Assembly: GCA_016712535.1 (NCBI GenBank)
Contig: JADJQW010000004.1
Location: 38,756 to 102,755 of the forward strand
Source: Flavobacteriales bacterium
GTDB lineage: Bacteria; Bacteroidota; Bacteroidia; Flavobacteriales_F; PHOS-HE28
Length of the DNA stretch: 64,000 nucleotides
Direction of reading: 5' to 3'
A program made the position numbers and the translations under genes. Below, in pieces: positions 45,018 to 54,612 of the stretch (positions within the stretch are counted from its first letter, which is position 1; each line of letters begins with the position of its first letter). The notes below the pieces were generated by a model. That model saw nothing but the letters and a program-made list of their open reading frames with translations. It did no database searches and was not told the origin of the DNA.

Positions 45018-47219
45018 ATGCGCGCGATCCTGCTCACGCTCCTGCTGATCGGCTTATCCGGCCCATTGCTATCGCAGCGCAATGCGGACCCCTACGTGCG
45101 CGAGGCGGATCGGTACTACGCGCAGATGGCCTATGCGCGCGCAGCTGAGCTCTATCGCACGGCCGCTGAGCTCGGCGCCGTGAACGAGCACGTGACCAAG
45201 CGCCTGGCCATCTGCAGCACAAGGCTCGGCGACATGGCCGAGGCCGAGCGCTGGTACGCTGTCGTGGTGAAGTTCCTGAACCGGGAACCGATCGACCTTT
45301 ACCATTATGCTGAAGCGCTCAAGGCGAACGCGCGTTATGAGGAAGCCGAGCTGTGGATGGACCGCTACCTCGCCTTGATCGAGGCCGAAGGGGTTGAGCG
45401 CCGCAGCAACATCGCCCTCTTCGCGCGCAAGCTCCAAATGGACCAGGACCGCTTCAATGTGCGACGGGTCAGCATCAACACCAGCGGTGCGGATCTGGCT
45501 GCGGCGTGGATCGGCCCGCAGCGCGTGGTCTTCAGCAGCTCGCGCCAGGGAACAGGCTTGATCGAGCGGCGCGCCGCTTGGAACGCGCAGCCCTTCCTTG
45601 ACCTCTTCACCGCCGATGTCACCGAGAACGGGGACCTTGCGAACGTGGCCCTGCTGGGAGGCACCGTGAACACGCGCTACCACGAAGGGCCCGCAACAGC
45701 CAGCGCATCGGGTGATGTGCTTTGGTTCACGCGGAACAATTTCTATAAGGGCCGCGCGCGCCGCAGCCAGCGCGGCGTGAGCCGCCTGGCCATTTTCCGC
45801 GCCAGCCGTGCAGGAGCAGGCTATGGCTCGGAGGAGCAATTCCTCTACAACAACTCCGAGGTCAGCATCGCCCACCCTGCGCTCTCAGCCGACGGCAAGC
45901 TCTTGTTCTTCACCAGCGACATGCCGGGCGGTTACGGCGGCACCGATCTCTACCTGTGCGAGCTCACCGAAGGGCAGTGGAGCGAGCCGAAGAATCTTGG
46001 CCCTGCGATCAATACCCCCTTCAACGAATGCTTCCCTTTCGTGACGGCCGATGGCAGCCTGTTCTTCGCGAGCAACGGCCATCCGGGCCTCGGCGGGCTC
46101 GATGTCCTGCGCGCGGCACGCGGCGATGATGGCCGCTATTCCGGTGCCTTGAATCTCGGAGCACCCGTGAACAGCGCGCGTGATGATTTCGCCTTCATCA
46201 TCGACGCCGCAGGCAAGCGCGGGTTCTTCACCAGCAACAGGCCTGGCGGCGCAGGAGACGATGACCTCTTCGCCTTCGATATGCTCGCTCCGTTGGAAGA
46301 GCGGTTCCTTGTCACGGGCCGCGTGATCGATGACGAGCACGACGTCCCCGTAGCCGACACGGAGGTCCGCCTGTCCGACCTCGATGGCGGTTTGGCAGCC
46401 ACCACCACCACCGATGCCAAGGGCGAGTACACGTTCAGTGTCCGGAAAGGCCGCACGTACCGGATCACGGCGCAGATGAAGGGCCGCTTCGAGGGCGAGC
46501 AGCACTTGAACACCGCCGGTATCGAGCGTGAGCTGATTGCCTCGCGGGACATCCACCTCGTGGCCGATGCGGGCGTTTGGCTGCGAGGCGCCTTGCGCGA
46601 GAAGGATGGTCCCGGATTCGTGAGCGGCGCCAAGGTGTGCGCGGTGAACCTGAGCAGTTTCAGTTCTGATTGCCGCCTCACGGGCGCCGGTGGCGATGTG
46701 AGCATGCGCCTGCAGACGAACGAAGAGTTCGAGGTGGTTGTGGAGAAGGCGGGCTACTTCAGCCTGAGCATCCCGATCTCTACCATCGGCATGCGCAGCG
46801 GCGTGATTGACCTTGGTCAGGCGCGGGAGCTGGTGCTTGAGCCCATCACGGTCGGGCAGCCCATTCCGTTCAAGCATGTCCGTTGGGCCGAGAAGAGCTC
46901 GCAACTCGATCCGCGCGCCCGCGCAGAGCTCGATCTGCTTGCGGAGCGGCTAGGCGTCAATCCAGGCGTGGTCATCGAGGTCGGTGTGCATGCGGATTCA
47001 AGGGGCGATCAGAAGGAAGAGCAGGAGCTCTCTCAGAAGCGGGCCGACGCCATCGCCGCGTACCTCGCGCAGAAGGGAATCGGCAAGGACCGTGTGAAAG
47101 CGCGCGGCTTCGGTGCTTCCCGTCTGCTGAACCACTGCGTTCCTGGCGTGCAGTGCACCGAAGAGGAGCACGCCATGAACCGCCGGACCGAGTACGTGGT
47201 CACCTCTGTGGCGCAGTGA
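45018..47219 (+). CDS. OmpA-family protein with N-terminal TPR, PD40/TolB-like propeller repeats and a CarboxypepD_reg-like domain
   Basis: The C-terminal OmpA/MotB peptidoglycan-binding block is VIEVGVHADSRGDQKEEQELSQKRADAIAAYL ... NRRTEYVV. A CarboxypepD_reg-like segment is VTGRVIDDEHDVPVADTEVRL. It starts 4 nt after the PorP/SprF gene. Confidence 0.9.
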   Translation: MRAILLTLLLIGLSGPLLSQRNADPYVREADRYYAQMAYARAAELYRTAAELGAVNEHVTKRLAICSTRLGDMAEAERWYAVVVKFLNREPIDLYHYAEALKANARYEEAELWMDRYLALIEAEGVERRSNIALFARKLQMDQDRFNVRRVSINTSGADLAAAWIGPQRVVFSSSRQGTGLIERRAAWNAQPFLDLFTADVTENGDLANVALLGGTVNTRYHEGPATASASGDVLWFTRNNFYKGRARRSQRGVSRLAIFRASRAGAGYGSEEQFLYNNSEVSIAHPALSADGKLLFFTSDMPGGYGGTDLYLCELTEGQWSEPKNLGPAINTPFNECFPFVTADGSLFFASNGHPGLGGLDVLRAARGDDGRYSGALNLGAPVNSARDDFAFIIDAAGKRGFFTSNRPGGAGDDDLFAFDMLAPLEERFLVTGRVIDDEHDVPVADTEVRLSDLDGGLAATTTTDAKGEYTFSVRKGRTYRITAQMKGRFEGEQHLNTAGIERELIASRDIHLVADAGVWLRGALREKDGPGFVSGAKVCAVNLSSFSSDCRLTGAGGDVSMRLQTNEEFEVVVEKAGYFSLSIPISTIGMRSGVIDLGQARELVLEPITVGQPIPFKHVRWAEKSSQLDPRARAELDLLAERLGVNPGVVIEVGVHADSRGDQKEEQELSQKRADAIAAYLAQKGIGKDRVKARGFGASRLLNHCVPGVQCTEEEHAMNRRTEYVVTSVAQ

Positions 47220-47838
47220 TGCCCATTTCGGGGAGCGCAGCGAAGCGATAGCCTTGTTCACGCCACGCTTCAAGCGCCAGGGGCAGCGCATGTCGCAGCC
47301 GTATCTCGGCCTTCCGGCTGTCGTGGAACACGATGATGGAGCCTGCGCGTGCTTGCTTCAGCACATTGCGCAGACATGCCTCAGGGGCCACGCGCGCATC
47401 GAAGTCCATGCTCAGCGCATCCCACATCACCACGGTGAAGCGCTTGCGGAGCTCGGCGGATTGCCGGCGCGTGATTCGGCCGTAAGGCGGCCGGAAGAGC
47501 CTCGTGCCCGTGAAGCCTTGCGCCAGGTCCGTATCGGCGGCGTAGTCATGCGCTGTTGCGCGCCATCCGTTCAGGTGACTGTAGGTGTGATTGCCGATGG
47601 CGTGGCCCTCTGAACGGATGCGCTGCACGAGGGCAGGGTGCTGCTCGGCATTTCTGCCAACGAGGAAGAAGGTGCCTTGGGCCTCATGCTCGCGAAGCGT
47701 GTCGAGCACCCATGGCGTCACCCCTGGAGTCGGGCCATCGTCGAATGTGAGGTAGAGCGTGCGGTGGTGCGCGGGCATGCGCCAGAGCAGGCTCGGCCAG
47801 AACAGGCGGAGCAGCGCGGGCGGCCTCACAGGCACCAT
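47200..47838 (-). CDS. Polysaccharide deacetylase family protein
   Basis: NodB-type motifs YLTFDDGP, GTFFLVGRN and HAIGNHTYSH. Confidence 0.85.
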   Translation of the reverse strand: MVPVRPPALLRLFWPSLLWRMPAHHRTLYLTFDDGPTPGVTPWVLDTLREHEAQGTFFLVGRNAEQHPALVQRIRSEGHAIGNHTYSHLNGWRATAHDYAADTDLAQGFTGTRLFRPPYGRITRRQSAELRKRFTVVMWDALSMDFDARVAPEACLRNVLKQARAGSIIVFHDSRKAEIRLRHALPLALEAWREQGYRFAALPEMGITAPQR

Positions 47839-47844
47839 GGCCGT

Positions 47845-50800
47845 TCAGAAGCGCATGCGCGACGTCTTCCGTTGCTGCTGGGCCTTGCTCATCCGGAAGA
47901 GCTCGTCGGCGGCTTGGAATCGCGCTTCGAGCTTCCCGCCGTACGCGCTGTCCTGCTTCGCGGCCACCTCGGCCAGCCTGCCCATCACCGCATGCGTGAT
48001 GTCCGCTTCTTTGGAGAGCGGTCCGTAGAAGCGCGGCTCCAAGCTCGAGAACCAGGTGAGATTCTCTTCCATGATCGTGAAGAGGCGCTCGGCGACTGCA
48101 TTGCCCTTGGCCGTTTCGCCGATGGCGTAGTAGGCCTCCACGGTGGGCAGCAGCACGCGGTCGAACGGCACGTTGCGGTCGGGCATCTTGTTGATGCTCA
48201 GGTCGAGGATGGTGCGGGCGTCCTCGGTTCGTCCTTCGGCGATGAGTTCCTCGGCCAAGGCGCTCAGCTGCAAGCGCAGGTTGGTGGTCATCCGCAGGAT
48301 GTTCTCGTCGAGGTAGATCTCGCCCTCAGTCTCCATGTTGCCCCAGCGGAAGTTCTCGGTGACCGTTCTGAACATGCGCTCGGTGGCCACGACGCCCGCA
48401 CTGCCGGTGCGAGGATCGCTGGGCGTTACCAAGGGCACCACGCGGTAGGTGAGGCCCTCTAATTGGAAGTGGTCCTGCAAGCCGATGTAGCTGTCGGGGC
48501 CGGTGGTAACGGCGAAGTAGATGGGCCGGGTCCAATCGTTGTTGGCCAGCAGGTCCAGCACCATGAAATGATTCTTCATCACCGCGCTGCGGTTGATGCG
48601 CCAGGTGATGGCATCCACGATCCGGGCGGTGTCCTTGGGCTCCACCACTTGGTTCGCCAGCACTTGCTCGCGGTCCACCGGGATCGTGAAAGCATCGGCG
48701 GGCAGGATCGCGTAGCGGTCGCCACCTGCGCTTTGCATGGTCTTGTCGTTGATCGCGTAGGCGATGGCTTTCCGCAGGTCCATGGCCGGTCCGTTCTTCT
48801 CCTCGCGCGGAACCAGGTAAACCGCATCGCGCGTTCCTTGGCGGTACTTCTCGGGCGGGATGGAGAAGGGCACGGGGTCGCTGTCGTAGGCTTTTCGCCG
48901 CATCTGATCGATGTACCAATCGGTGTTCAGCAGGCTGAGGTTCACCACGCGCACATCGGTGCGGATGTTCTCCACCTCTTGGGCGTACCACAACGGGAAG
49001 GTATCGTTGTCTCCGTTAGTGAACAGGATCGCATTCGGCGCGCAGCTCTGGAGGTAGTTGCTGGCGAGGTCGCGGGCAGGATAGCGGTTGCCTCGGTCGT
49101 GGTCATCCCACCCGTCAGCAACCATGATCGCTGGAACGGCAAGGCCCGCGATCGGAGCCAGCAGGCCGTGGGCAGCATCGGACCGCAAGAAGCGGCCGAG
49201 CAGAGCGAAGAGCGCCACCGCGCCTACGCCCACCACCGCCATGTAGAACAGGATGTACGATACGGCATGATGGTCCCCAGCGATGCCCTCCACGATGTAC
49301 TTCAGTGCGCCAAGGCCGACCGCACTGGCTGCTACGATCCCGAGATCGCGCATGGCGAAGCCGCGAGCGGCATCGTAGAGCGCGAACACGCCCAAGCCGA
49401 TCCATATGGCGAAGGCATAGAAGGAGCCGACATAGGCGTAGTCCCGTTCGCGGGGCTGGTAAGGAGTCTGGTTCAAGTAGATGACGATGGCCGCGCCGGT
49501 GAAGAAGAAAAGCAGCATCACCACGCTCCAATCGCGGCCGTGCCGGAGCAATTGGTACACGAAGCCGATGAGGCCCAGGATCAGCGGGAGCAAGTAGTAG
49601 CGATTAAGGGCCTTGTTCAGCGTGAGGCTCGATGGGAGCTGATCCTGGTTGCCCAAGCGCTGCGCATCAATGGTCTTTATGCCCGTGAGCCAGTTGCCGT
49701 CCATGATGCTGCCATGGCCCTGCACATCGTTCTGGCGCCCGGCGAAATTCCACATGAAGTAGCGCCAATACATCCAATCGAGCTGGTAGGCGAAGAAGTA
49801 GCGGAGGTTCTCGCCTTGCGTGGGCTTGAGGATCCGGGTCGGACGGCCTTGGCGATCGGTGCCGCGCATAGGCACGCCCTTGAACTCGCTCCAGCTCTTG
49901 TAGGCCGAGATGTGGCTCGGACTGCTGCTGTACATGCGCGGGAACATCATGGTGAACTGGGGCTCGTAAACCACTTCGGAACCCTTCCGCGGATCGGTCA
50001 CGATGTACTCGTGGCGTATCGTGTGGCCGGGGTTCTGCTCCACGAAATGATTCGCGCTCCAGCGGTCGTAGAACTTCTGCACCGGCTTCCCATTCTTCTC
50101 CACCACGTAGGTGGCGGTATGCACGGGCGTTCCATCCTTGCGCTCGCTGCTGTAGGGGCTGTCCCAGAACTGGCCGATCAAGAGCGGGCGATCGCCGTAC
50201 TGCTCGCGATTCAGGTAACTGAGCAGGTTGAAGACGTTCTCGGGGTTGTTCTCATCAATGGGCGGGTTGGCCACGGAGCGGATCACGATCATGGCGTAGC
50301 TGCTGTAGCCCACCAGGATCACGGCCACGCCCAGGATCACGGTGTTCCAGAGCACCTGGCCGCGGCGCTGCGTCCAGATCAGGCCCCAGGTGACAAGACC
50401 GATCAAGAGCAGGGCATACACCAGCACGCCGGAATTGAACGACAGGCCCATTCCGTTCACGAACCGCAGTTCGAACCAGCCCGCCATCTTCACCAGGCCC
50501 GGGATGATCACGGCCTGGATGGTGCCCAGGATCACCGCCGATACCACGAACGTGAGCACCACGCCCCAGGGGGTCACCGGGTAGCGCTTGAAGTAGTACA
50601 CGAAGGCGATGGCCGGGATGCAGAGCAAGTTGAGCAGGTGAACGCCGATGCTCAAGCCCATGAGATAGGCGATGAGGATGAGCCAACGGATGTTGTGCGC
50701 CTCGTCGGCCACGCTCTCCCATTTGAGGATGGCCCAGAACACGATGGCGGTGAAGAAGCTCGAGAGCGCATATACCTCGCCCTCGACCGCGCTGAACCAG

Positions 50801-51204
50801 AAGCTGTCGCTCCAGGTGTAGGCCAGTGCGCCCACTGCCCCGCTGCCGAGTATGGCGTAGACGGCGCCCATGGTGAGCTCCCGGCCATCGCGCAAAGCCA
50901 GCTTGTGCGCCATGTGCGTGATGCTCCAGAACAGGAACAGGATGGTGAAGGCGCTGGCCAAGGCGCTCATGATGTTCATGGCCATCGGGACGTTCTCCGG
51001 GCCCACGAACGAGCTGGCCACACGGCCCAGGATCATGAACAACGGCGCCCCGGGCGGGTGGCCCACTTCCAGCTTATAGGCCGTGGCGATGAACTCGCCG
51101 CAGTCCCAAAAGCTCGCTGTGGGCTCGATGGTGGTGATGTAGGTCCACGCGGCGATCAGGAACACCACCCAGCCGGTGATGATATTGAGCTTCTTATAGT
51201 CCAT
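47845..51204 (-). CDS. DUF2723-domain large membrane protein (GT-C-like, conserved in Bacteroidota)
   Basis: N-terminus TIEPTASFWDCGEFIATAYKLEVGHPPGAPLFMILGR is the DUF2723 signature. Many TM helices are followed by a large C-terminal helical domain. Confidence 0.85.
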   Translation of the reverse strand: MDYKKLNIITGWVVFLIAAWTYITTIEPTASFWDCGEFIATAYKLEVGHPPGAPLFMILGRVASSFVGPENVPMAMNIMSALASAFTILFLFWSITHMAHKLALRDGRELTMGAVYAILGSGAVGALAYTWSDSFWFSAVEGEVYALSSFFTAIVFWAILKWESVADEAHNIRWLILIAYLMGLSIGVHLLNLLCIPAIAFVYYFKRYPVTPWGVVLTFVVSAVILGTIQAVIIPGLVKMAGWFELRFVNGMGLSFNSGVLVYALLLIGLVTWGLIWTQRRGQVLWNTVILGVAVILVGYSSYAMIVIRSVANPPIDENNPENVFNLLSYLNREQYGDRPLLIGQFWDSPYSSERKDGTPVHTATYVVEKNGKPVQKFYDRWSANHFVEQNPGHTIRHEYIVTDPRKGSEVVYEPQFTMMFPRMYSSSPSHISAYKSWSEFKGVPMRGTDRQGRPTRILKPTQGENLRYFFAYQLDWMYWRYFMWNFAGRQNDVQGHGSIMDGNWLTGIKTIDAQRLGNQDQLPSSLTLNKALNRYYLLPLILGLIGFVYQLLRHGRDWSVVMLLFFFTGAAIVIYLNQTPYQPRERDYAYVGSFYAFAIWIGLGVFALYDAARGFAMRDLGIVAASAVGLGALKYIVEGIAGDHHAVSYILFYMAVVGVGAVALFALLGRFLRSDAAHGLLAPIAGLAVPAIMVADGWDDHDRGNRYPARDLASNYLQSCAPNAILFTNGDNDTFPLWYAQEVENIRTDVRVVNLSLLNTDWYIDQMRRKAYDSDPVPFSIPPEKYRQGTRDAVYLVPREEKNGPAMDLRKAIAYAINDKTMQSAGGDRYAILPADAFTIPVDREQVLANQVVEPKDTARIVDAITWRINRSAVMKNHFMVLDLLANNDWTRPIYFAVTTGPDSYIGLQDHFQLEGLTYRVVPLVTPSDPRTGSAGVVATERMFRTVTENFRWGNMETEGEIYLDENILRMTTNLRLQLSALAEELIAEGRTEDARTILDLSINKMPDRNVPFDRVLLPTVEAYYAIGETAKGNAVAERLFTIMEENLTWFSSLEPRFYGPLSKEADITHAVMGRLAEVAAKQDSAYGGKLEARFQAADELFRMSKAQQQRKTSRMRF

Positions 51205-51326
51205 GAGCAGCGGTTCGTTCGCGAAGCGGCGAAAGTACCATTCCGCATCCGCGTTGCAGGATGTCTGGTTTGGTGGAGTTCCCGCATCACCCTACTTTCG
51301 CGCCGCCCTTGGAAAAAGGGCTGTAT

Positions 51327-51399
51327 TGGCCGATGGTGTAACTGGCAACACGTCTGATTTTGGTTCAGAAGAGTCCAGGTTCGAGCCCTGGTCGGCCAA
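51327..51399 (+). tRNA. tRNA-Gln (anticodon TTG)
   Basis: A hand-folded cloverleaf fits. Acceptor tggccga/tcggcca with the U1:A72 pair typical of bacterial tRNA-Gln. Anticodon stem tctga/tcaga with loop ttTTGgt. T arm ccagg-ttcgagc-cctgg. Confidence 0.9.
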
Positions 51400-51401
51400 C
51401 A

Positions 51402-51430
51402 GGAAAGCCCCGCGAGCAGCGGGGCTTTCC
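51402..51430. terminator. Perfect 12-bp GC-rich hairpin between tRNA-Gln and the 3-prime end of the convergent peptidase gene
   Basis: ggaaagccccgc-gagca-gcggggctttcc. There is no clear T-tract on either strand, so intrinsic-terminator function is inferred from position only. Confidence 0.45.
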
Positions 51431-51453
51431 GTTGGCGGTCTCGCTGATGGGCA

Positions 51454-52254
51454 TCAACGGGCCGTGGAGGTCCCGTTAGGCGAAACGCCTTTCGCCGGAT
51501 CCTGCTTCAGCAGCCCGGCCATGGTCGCGTAGAGCTCCGGCAGCGCCTGCCTGAATTCGGCCGGCTGCTCGAAGAAGTACTCCACGGCCACCGCGAAGAA
51601 CTCCTCCTGATTGGTGCCTGCGTAGTCCCTGAAGAGGCTGCTGTTGCCGGCATGGATGCGGGCAGCCTCGGCCTTCGCCAACTCCCGCCAGCGGGCCATC
51701 AGCCTTTTGTCCAGCCTGATCAGGTCCTGGTTGCCCGTTCGGTCCTCGAACCAGAGCGCGTGCGCCATTTCATGCAGGCCGAGGTTCCGTCCGTCATCGG
51801 TGATATGGTTGTCCTCGCAGAAGCGCTTCCACGATATCACGATGGCGCGAAGGCCGGGATTCACTTCGCCGACATGGTCCGTTTGCCCGATGCGCGACCG
51901 GTATCGGTCGGGATAAACGATGATGCGCGTGAAATGCGCGAGCGTGGTGAGATGCAGGCCGAAGGTGAGCTGCACGAGTGAGGCGGCGAGGCTGTTCTGC
52001 ACGGCAGGCGTTACCTCGATGCTGCGCCCGATGAACTCCTTGTCCTCAACCACAGCGCGCACGCGATCGCGGAATCGCCTTTGGTGGCGATGGTCCAATC
52101 GTCTGTAGAACAACAGTTCCTGCATCAGTTGCGCATGCAGTTGCTGATCTTTCTTGTACTGCGTCCAACGGGATACAATGGCGACCACCAGCCACGCGAG
52201 AAGGGCAAGGCCATGCGGGAGTAGAACGGATTTCAGGATGATGAGAGCGTGCAT
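51454..52254 (-). CDS. Zinc-dependent peptidase, M90/MtfA-like, with N-terminal membrane anchor
   Basis: HEXXH motif at GLHEMAHALW. The tail EEFFAVAVEYFFEQPAEFRQALPELYATMAGLLKQDP parallels the E. coli MtfA C-terminus. The ATG at 52254 is preferred over the upstream GTG at 52293. Confidence 0.75.
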   Translation of the reverse strand: MHALIILKSVLLPHGLALLAWLVVAIVSRWTQYKKDQQLHAQLMQELLFYRRLDHRHQRRFRDRVRAVVEDKEFIGRSIEVTPAVQNSLAASLVQLTFGLHLTTLAHFTRIIVYPDRYRSRIGQTDHVGEVNPGLRAIVISWKRFCEDNHITDDGRNLGLHEMAHALWFEDRTGNQDLIRLDKRLMARWRELAKAEAARIHAGNSSLFRDYAGTNQEEFFAVAVEYFFEQPAEFRQALPELYATMAGLLKQDPAKGVSPNGTSTAR

Positions 52255-52259
52255 GCGGG

Positions 52260-52739
52260 TCAGTACACGGTCCTGTCCGGCTTCGACATCCACTCCTTGA
52301 ACACCGCCAGAGCCTCGTGGCGGAGCACGTTCGCCTCAGTGGCGATTCGGCGTTGTTCAGCAGGAAGCGGCAGCTCGTCGTAGATCAATTGGTCATCGAA
52401 GCCGGCCTGGGCGGCATCGGCGCGCGTGGCGGCGAACACGATGCGGTAGGGACGCGCCCAGTAGATGGCGCCTAGGCACATGGGGCAGGGCTCGCAGCTG
52501 GTGTAGAGCGTGCAGCCTTCGAGCTGGAAGGAGCCGATCGCTTGACACGCTTCGCGGATCGCCACCACCTCGGCATGCGCCGTGGGGTCATTGCTGCTGG
52601 TGACCTTGTTATTGCCCCTGCCGATGATCTCACCGTCCTTCACGACCACGCATCCGAAGGGGCCGCCCTCGTTGCGGTCCATGCCGGCACGTGCAAGGGC
52701 GATGGCTTCGCGGAGGAAGCGCTCGTCGTTGGGGTCCAT
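52260..52739 (-). CDS. CMP/dCMP-type zinc deaminase (guanine deaminase/nucleoside deaminase-like)
   Basis: Zinc-site motifs HAEVVAIREA and CEPCPMCLGAIYWA. Confidence 0.85.
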   Translation of the reverse strand: MDPNDERFLREAIALARAGMDRNEGGPFGCVVVKDGEIIGRGNNKVTSSNDPTAHAEVVAIREACQAIGSFQLEGCTLYTSCEPCPMCLGAIYWARPYRIVFAATRADAAQAGFDDQLIYDELPLPAEQRRIATEANVLRHEALAVFKEWMSKPDRTVY

Positions 52740-52750
52740 GACAGCGAATG

Positions 52751-54497
52751 TCAGGACTTCACCTCAATCCCCAGCTCCTTCAATTGGATGTCATCGATCC
52801 GGCTCGGCGCATCGATCATCACATCGCGGCCAGCGTTGTTCTTGGGGAAGGCGATGAACTCGCGGATGTCGGTGCGGTGGCCGAAGAGCGCCACCCAGCG
52901 GTCGAAGCCGAAGGCGCAGCCGCCATGCGGTGGCGCGCCGTACTCGAAGGCATCCATGAGGAAGCCGAACTTGTAGCGGGCGTCCTCATCCGTGAACCCC
53001 AGCACCCGGAACATGCGCTCCTGCAATTCACGCTCGTGGATGCGGATGCTGCCGCCGCCGATCTCGGTGCCGTTGATCACCAGGTCGTAGGCGTTCGCGT
53101 TCACGCTTCCGGGGTCGCTCTCCAGCTTGTGCGCGTCCTCCGGCTTGGGCGCTGTGAAGGGATGATGCTTCGCGTGCCAGCGGCCGCTCTCCTCGTCATG
53201 CTCCAGCAGCGGGAAATCAACGACCCAGAGCGGCTTGAAGACCTTCGGGTCCCGGAGCTTCAACAGATCGCCGAGGTGGAGGCGCAGTTCGTTCAATTGC
53301 TTCAGCGTCTTCTCCCGGCGGCCCGCCATGATGCAGAGCAGGTCGCCCTGCTTCATGGCGGAACGTTCGGCCCAGCCAGCGAGCTGGTCGGCCGTGAAGA
53401 ATTTGTCCACGGTGCTCTTCAGGCCTTCGTCGGTCCACTTCATGAACACGATGCCCGTGGCGCCGATCTGCGGGCGTTTCACGAATTCGATGAGCGCATC
53501 GGTCTGCTTGCGGCTCCATGCCAGCGCAGCCTTCGGCCTTGATGCCAACAACGAGTTCAGCATCGTCGAAGACTTTGAAGCCCTTCCCTTGGCCGAGGTC
53601 CCCGAGTTCGTGGAACTTCATCCCGAAGCGCAGATCGGGCTTGTCGCAGCCGTAGTCGCGCATGGCTTCGGCGTAGGTCATGCGCGGGAAAGGCTCATTG
53701 GACTCCAGGCCATGCACGGCCTTGAAGAGATGCTTGGCCAGGCCCTCGACAAGGCCCAGGACATTCTCCTGCTCCACGAAGGCCATCTCCAGGTCGATCT
53801 GCGTGAATTCCGGCTGCCGGTCCTGGCGCAGGTCCTCGTCGCGGAAGCACTTCACCAATTGGAAATAGCGGTCGAAGCCGGCCACCATCAGCAATTGCTT
53901 GAAGGTCTGCGGGCTCTGCGGCAGCGCGTAGAACTCCCCTTGGTTCATGCGGCTGGGCACCACGAAATCGCGCGCGCCCTCCGGGGTGCTCTTGATCAGC
54001 ACGGGCGTCTCCACCTCGAGGAATTGTTGCGCGCTGAGGTAGTTGCGCACCTCGATGGCCATGCGGTGTCGCAGCTCGAAGTTGCGGCGGATGTTGGCGC
54101 GGCGCAGGTCCAGGTAGCGGTACTTCATGCGCAGCTCGTCGCCGCCGTCGGTCTCCTCCTCGATGGTGAAGGGCGGGGTCTTGGCGCTGTTGAGCACCTT
54201 CATCCCGGTGACGATCAGCTCGACCTCGCCGGTTGAGAGGTTGGTGTTCTTGCTCTCGCGTTCGCGCACCGTGCCGGTGGCTTGCACCACGAATTCCCGA
54301 CCCAATTGTCGGGCCTGCTCGCACAGCCCCATATCGCGCTCCGCATTGAAGCTGAGCTGCGTGATGCCGAAGCGGTCGCGCAGGTCCACGAAGGTCATGC
54401 CCCCGAGATCGCGGGCGCGCTGCACCCATCCGGCGAGGGTGACGGTCTTTCCGGAATCGGCGAGGCGGAGTTCGCCACAGGTGTGCGTACGGTACAT
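52751..54497 (-). pseudogene. aspS: Aspartate--tRNA ligase, interrupted by one apparent frameshift near 53525-53545 (possibly a sequence error)
   Basis: The N-terminal frame reads [11 protein letters not shown] ... [36 protein letters not shown] and loses sense after VVGIKAEG. The C-terminal frame (52751-53563) resumes with [18 protein letters not shown]. It carries class II motif 3 ([22 protein letters not shown]). Confidence 0.9.
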
Positions 54498-54612
54498 GGA
54501 AGGTGCAAAGGGCCGCGAAAATAGTCCGTGCGTCATGGGGATCCCTGAACGACCCCGCCATGCGCGAGCGGAAGGAGCCGGCCCTGGTCTCATCTTCGTT
54601 GAAAATACCGCC

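Noticed and set aside
48463-51357. 964-aa plus-strand ORF opposite the DUF2723 gene. Similar long antisense ORFs occur at 24168-25142, 44576-45082, 45885-46904, 53235-54236, 57974-58978 and 59170-60150, and there are many inside the two giant genes
   Set aside because: All lie antisense to ORFs with strong family signatures and have repetitive Arg/Ala/Gly/His-rich composition. They are treated as high-GC artefacts.
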